64,000 nt of DNA from Cetorhinus maximus (lineage: Eukaryota). The notes under the pieces were generated by a model. The model was not told the origin of the DNA. It did not search any database and saw nothing but the letters and a program-made list of their open reading frames with translations. The stretch's first letter is position 1. Every line of letters begins with the position of its first letter. The translations under genes and the position numbers were made by a program. The stretch lies in NCBI RefSeq assembly GCF_964194155.1, contig NC_135914.1:3224001-3288000 (forward strand). Direction: 5' to 3'. Shown piece after piece: positions 61,115-64,000 of the stretch.

Positions 61115-62390
61115 ACATACGAAACAGGAGCCTGCTCCACCGGACAATAAGATCGTGGCTGATCTGAAGCAGCATTAGTTCCACTTTCCTGCCTGCCCCC
61201 CATAACCTTCACTCCCTTCTCAATCAAAAATCTGTCCAACTCAGCCTTGAATATATTCAGTGACCCGGCCCCCACTGCTCTCTGGGGAAGAGAATTGCAC
61301 AGACAAGCGACCCTCTGAGGGCAGAAGTTCCTCCTCATCTCCGACTTAAACAGTAGGCCCCTTATTCTGAAACTGTTTTCCCCCCTCGTTCTAGATTCCC
61401 CCACGAGGGGAAACATCCTCTCAGCACCCATCCTGTCAAGCCCCCTCAGAATCTTAGCAGGTCTGGCAGTATCAATGGAAAAAGAAAAACAGGGTTTGCG
61501 TTCCGAGCATATGACTCCCCTTCAAAGCCGACTAGAAACGTTAACTCTGTTTCTCTCTCCACAGATGCTGCCAGACCTGCTGAGTTTCTCCAGCGTTTTT
61601 CCGTTTTTATTTCAGGTTTCCAGCAGCCGCAGTATTTTGCTTTTATCCCCTCAGCATCTTATATGTTTCAATGAGATCGCCTCTCATTCTTCTAAACCCC
61701 AATGAGTACTGGCCCAACCTGCTCAACCTTTCTTCATAAGACAAACCCCCTTCATCCCAGGAATCAGCCGAGCAAACCTTCTCTGAACTGCTTCCAATGC
61801 AGGTATGTCCCCCCACTTAAATAACAGAATCAAAACTGCACACAGTGCTCTAGGTGTGGTCTCACCAGAGTCCTGTACAGTTGTAGCAAGACTTCCCGAC
61901 TTTCATACTCCACCCCCCCTTGCAATAAAGGCCAACATTCCACTTGCTTTCCTAATTGTCTTGTGAGGAAAGGTTGGGTAGACTGGGCTTGTTTCCACTG
62001 GAGTTTAGAAGAGTGAGGGGGTGATTTGATTGAAGTTTACAAGATCCTGAACGGCCTTGACAAGGTGGACATGGAAAGGATGTTTCCTCTTGTGGGTGAG
62101 TCCAGAGCTCGGGGGCCACTGTTTTAAAATTAGGGGTCGCCCTTTTAGGACAGAGATGAGGAGAATTTTTTTCTCCCAGAGGGTTGTGCGACTTTGGAAC
62201 TCTCTGCCTCAGAAGGTGGTGGAGGCGGGGTCACTGAATATTTTTAAGGCGGAAGTAGATAGATTCTCGTTAGGTAAGGGAATCAAAGGTTATCGGGGTT
62301 AGATGGGAATGTGGAAATCAAAATCTTATTAAATAGCGGAGCAGGCTCGAGGGGCCAGATGGTCTACTCCGGTTCCTATTTCTTATGTTC
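61115..62390. mobile_element. Two opposed CR1 3' fragments; the minus-strand one contains a PLE fold-back (61457-61646)
   Basis: CR1 C-terminal motifs; TSD CCCCTCAG(A/C)ATCTTA at 61442-61456 and 61647-61661. Confidence 0.75.
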
Positions 62391-62553
62391 TTAATTGCTT
62401 CTTGTAGCTGCATGCTGACATTTTGTGTACAGAGACAGCCAGGTCGCCCTATACCGCAGCATTCTGCAGCCTCTCTGCATTTAAATAACACCTCGATTTT
62501 TCTATTCTTCCTGCCTAAGTCATGCTCACAGAGGGACATGGAGGTGATCATTT

Positions 62554-62681
62554 GATACCGGCAAAATACTGCAGATGCTGGGGACCTGAAATAAAAACAG
62601 AAAGCGCTGGAGGAATTCGGCAGCATCTGTGGAGAGAGAAACAGAGTCAACGTTTCGAGTCCAATATGACTTCTTCAGAAC
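62554..62681 (-). mobile_element. About 130-bp PLE mini-element beginning at a hammerhead
   Basis: GTT CTGAAGA AGTC ATATTG GACTC GAA ACGT T GAC followed by the pLTR tail. Confidence 0.65.
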
Positions 62682-63027
62682 CCGATGGTAACGCTCTTGC
62701 CCACCTTCCGCTCTAGGTGGTGGAGGCCAGAGTACGGAAGGCTGTATCTAAGAAGCCTGGTTGAGTTGCAATCGTCTAAACTTTCCCTTTCCATAGATAC
62801 CAGAGTCTTGTGCGTGCTCAGACTAGTTTACAGGTTCCTTCTCCTGAAGGACATTAATGAATCAGTTAGGTTTTTAACCATACATTTCATGGTCACATTT
62901 TCCAAGTGCTGGCCCCACAATCGCCTATGACCTTTTGTGGCTTCTCTCTCTCTCTCACTGCCTTTGTCTGGTTTACAGGGTATTAGAAGGGGAGGATTTT
63001 TGAACGCAGCACCACCGCCCTTTGAGC

Positions 63028-63804
63028 ATGGAAGCAAAAAGCACCATTGGCATTGCAGAGAAACCGTACGCGTGCTCCCTGTGCGGGCGAGGCTACAGCC
63101 GGTTATCTGGCCTGACGAATCATGAGCGCAGCCACACGAGGGAGAAACCCGGCAAACGTGGGAAGGAATCCAGCGACTCGCTTGAGCCGGAAATTCGCCG
63201 GGGCGTTCACGCTAAGGAGAGCCTGTTCACGTGCCCCGTGTGTGAGAAGGAATTCATTCATTTCTCTACCCTGCTGAGGCACCGGCGCATTCACACCGAC
63301 GATAGAGGCTTCGAATGCCCAGACTGTGAGAAGAGCTACAAAAGCCCTTCAGCACTGAGGGAGCACCAGCGTATTCACGCCGGGTATTCACCGTTTGGCT
63401 GCCCTCAATGCGGGAAGAGGTTTCGGGGGTCGTCCAGCCTGTTGCAACACCAGCGCGTTCACAATGGGGAGAGGCCGTTCACCTGCCCCACGTGCGGGAA
63501 GGGCTTCGCGAACTCATCCAACCTGCTGAAGCATCAGCGGGTTCACAGCCAGGAAAGGCCCTTTCCGTGCCCGGGCTGTGGGAAGCGCTACAAAAGCTCC
63601 GGGGATCTGATGTCCCATCAACGCGTTCACACCGACGAGAGGCCGTTCAGGTGCTCCCAGTGTGGGGCTGGGTTCAGGCGATCCTCTCAGCTCACCGTGC
63701 ACCAGCACACGCACACCGGGGTGAGGCCGTTCACCTGCCCCGCGTGTGGGAAGGGATTCACACGTTCGTCCAATCTGTGGCGACACCAGCGAGTTCATAA
63801 CTAA
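63028..63804 (+). CDS. C2H2 zinc-finger protein H, 8 fingers plus 1 degenerate, no KRAB
   Basis: agcATGg at 63028; acceptor TTTACAG near 62978; conserved 3' block after the stop. Confidence 0.88.
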   Translation: MEAKSTIGIAEKPYACSLCGRGYSRLSGLTNHERSHTREKPGKRGKESSDSLEPEIRRGVHAKESLFTCPVCEKEFIHFSTLLRHRRIHTDDRGFECPDCEKSYKSPSALREHQRIHAGYSPFGCPQCGKRFRGSSSLLQHQRVHNGERPFTCPTCGKGFANSSNLLKHQRVHSQERPFPCPGCGKRYKSSGDLMSHQRVHTDERPFRCSQCGAGFRRSSQLTVHQHTHTGVRPFTCPACGKGFTRSSNLWRHQRVHN

Positions 63805-64000
63805 CTGCGGAGACTGGACTCTGTTGTTAATCACACGGAGGACCGAACCATGTTCGATCTGGCAGTTGAGGTCTGTTTCTGCCTGCGGTTGATCCCCAGC
63901 CGAGTTACAGGGGTTAACATTCTGCACGATTGTCAAATGAATCAGCTTTGTGTTAACTCACAGTCTGTCGTGTCCTTATAATGGGCCGAATAATCAGTGG

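Overview
Vertebrate genomic DNA, most likely from a cartilaginous fish (shark-like; inferred from the repeat families and the [13 protein letters not shown]-type zinc-finger starts). The window is a transposon-saturated cluster of C2H2 zinc-finger (ZNF) genes with no visible KRAB, SCAN or BTB domain. Five genes have intact single-exon coding arrays (7, 9, 18, 9 and 8 fingers), and at least six further copies are pseudogenes or fragments. The five CpG-island promoters share ZNF143/Staf and NRF1 motifs, and three of them show the full order Staf site, NRF1, splice donor, intronic YY1 sites. Intergenic space holds CR1-clade LINEs (one nearly full length, with an esterase ORF1), L2, RTE, tRNA-derived SINEs, solo LTRs and two Penelope-like element (PLE) families. 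The most striking hidden layer is RNA-based. Both PLE families carry minimal type I hammerhead ribozymes with palindromic, dimer-type helix III (AACGTT and AAGCTT). One family has produced short non-coding fold-back elements flanked by target-site duplications (TSDs) and a 6x41-bp array of hammerhead halves. All calls were made by eye, and repeat boundaries are approximate.
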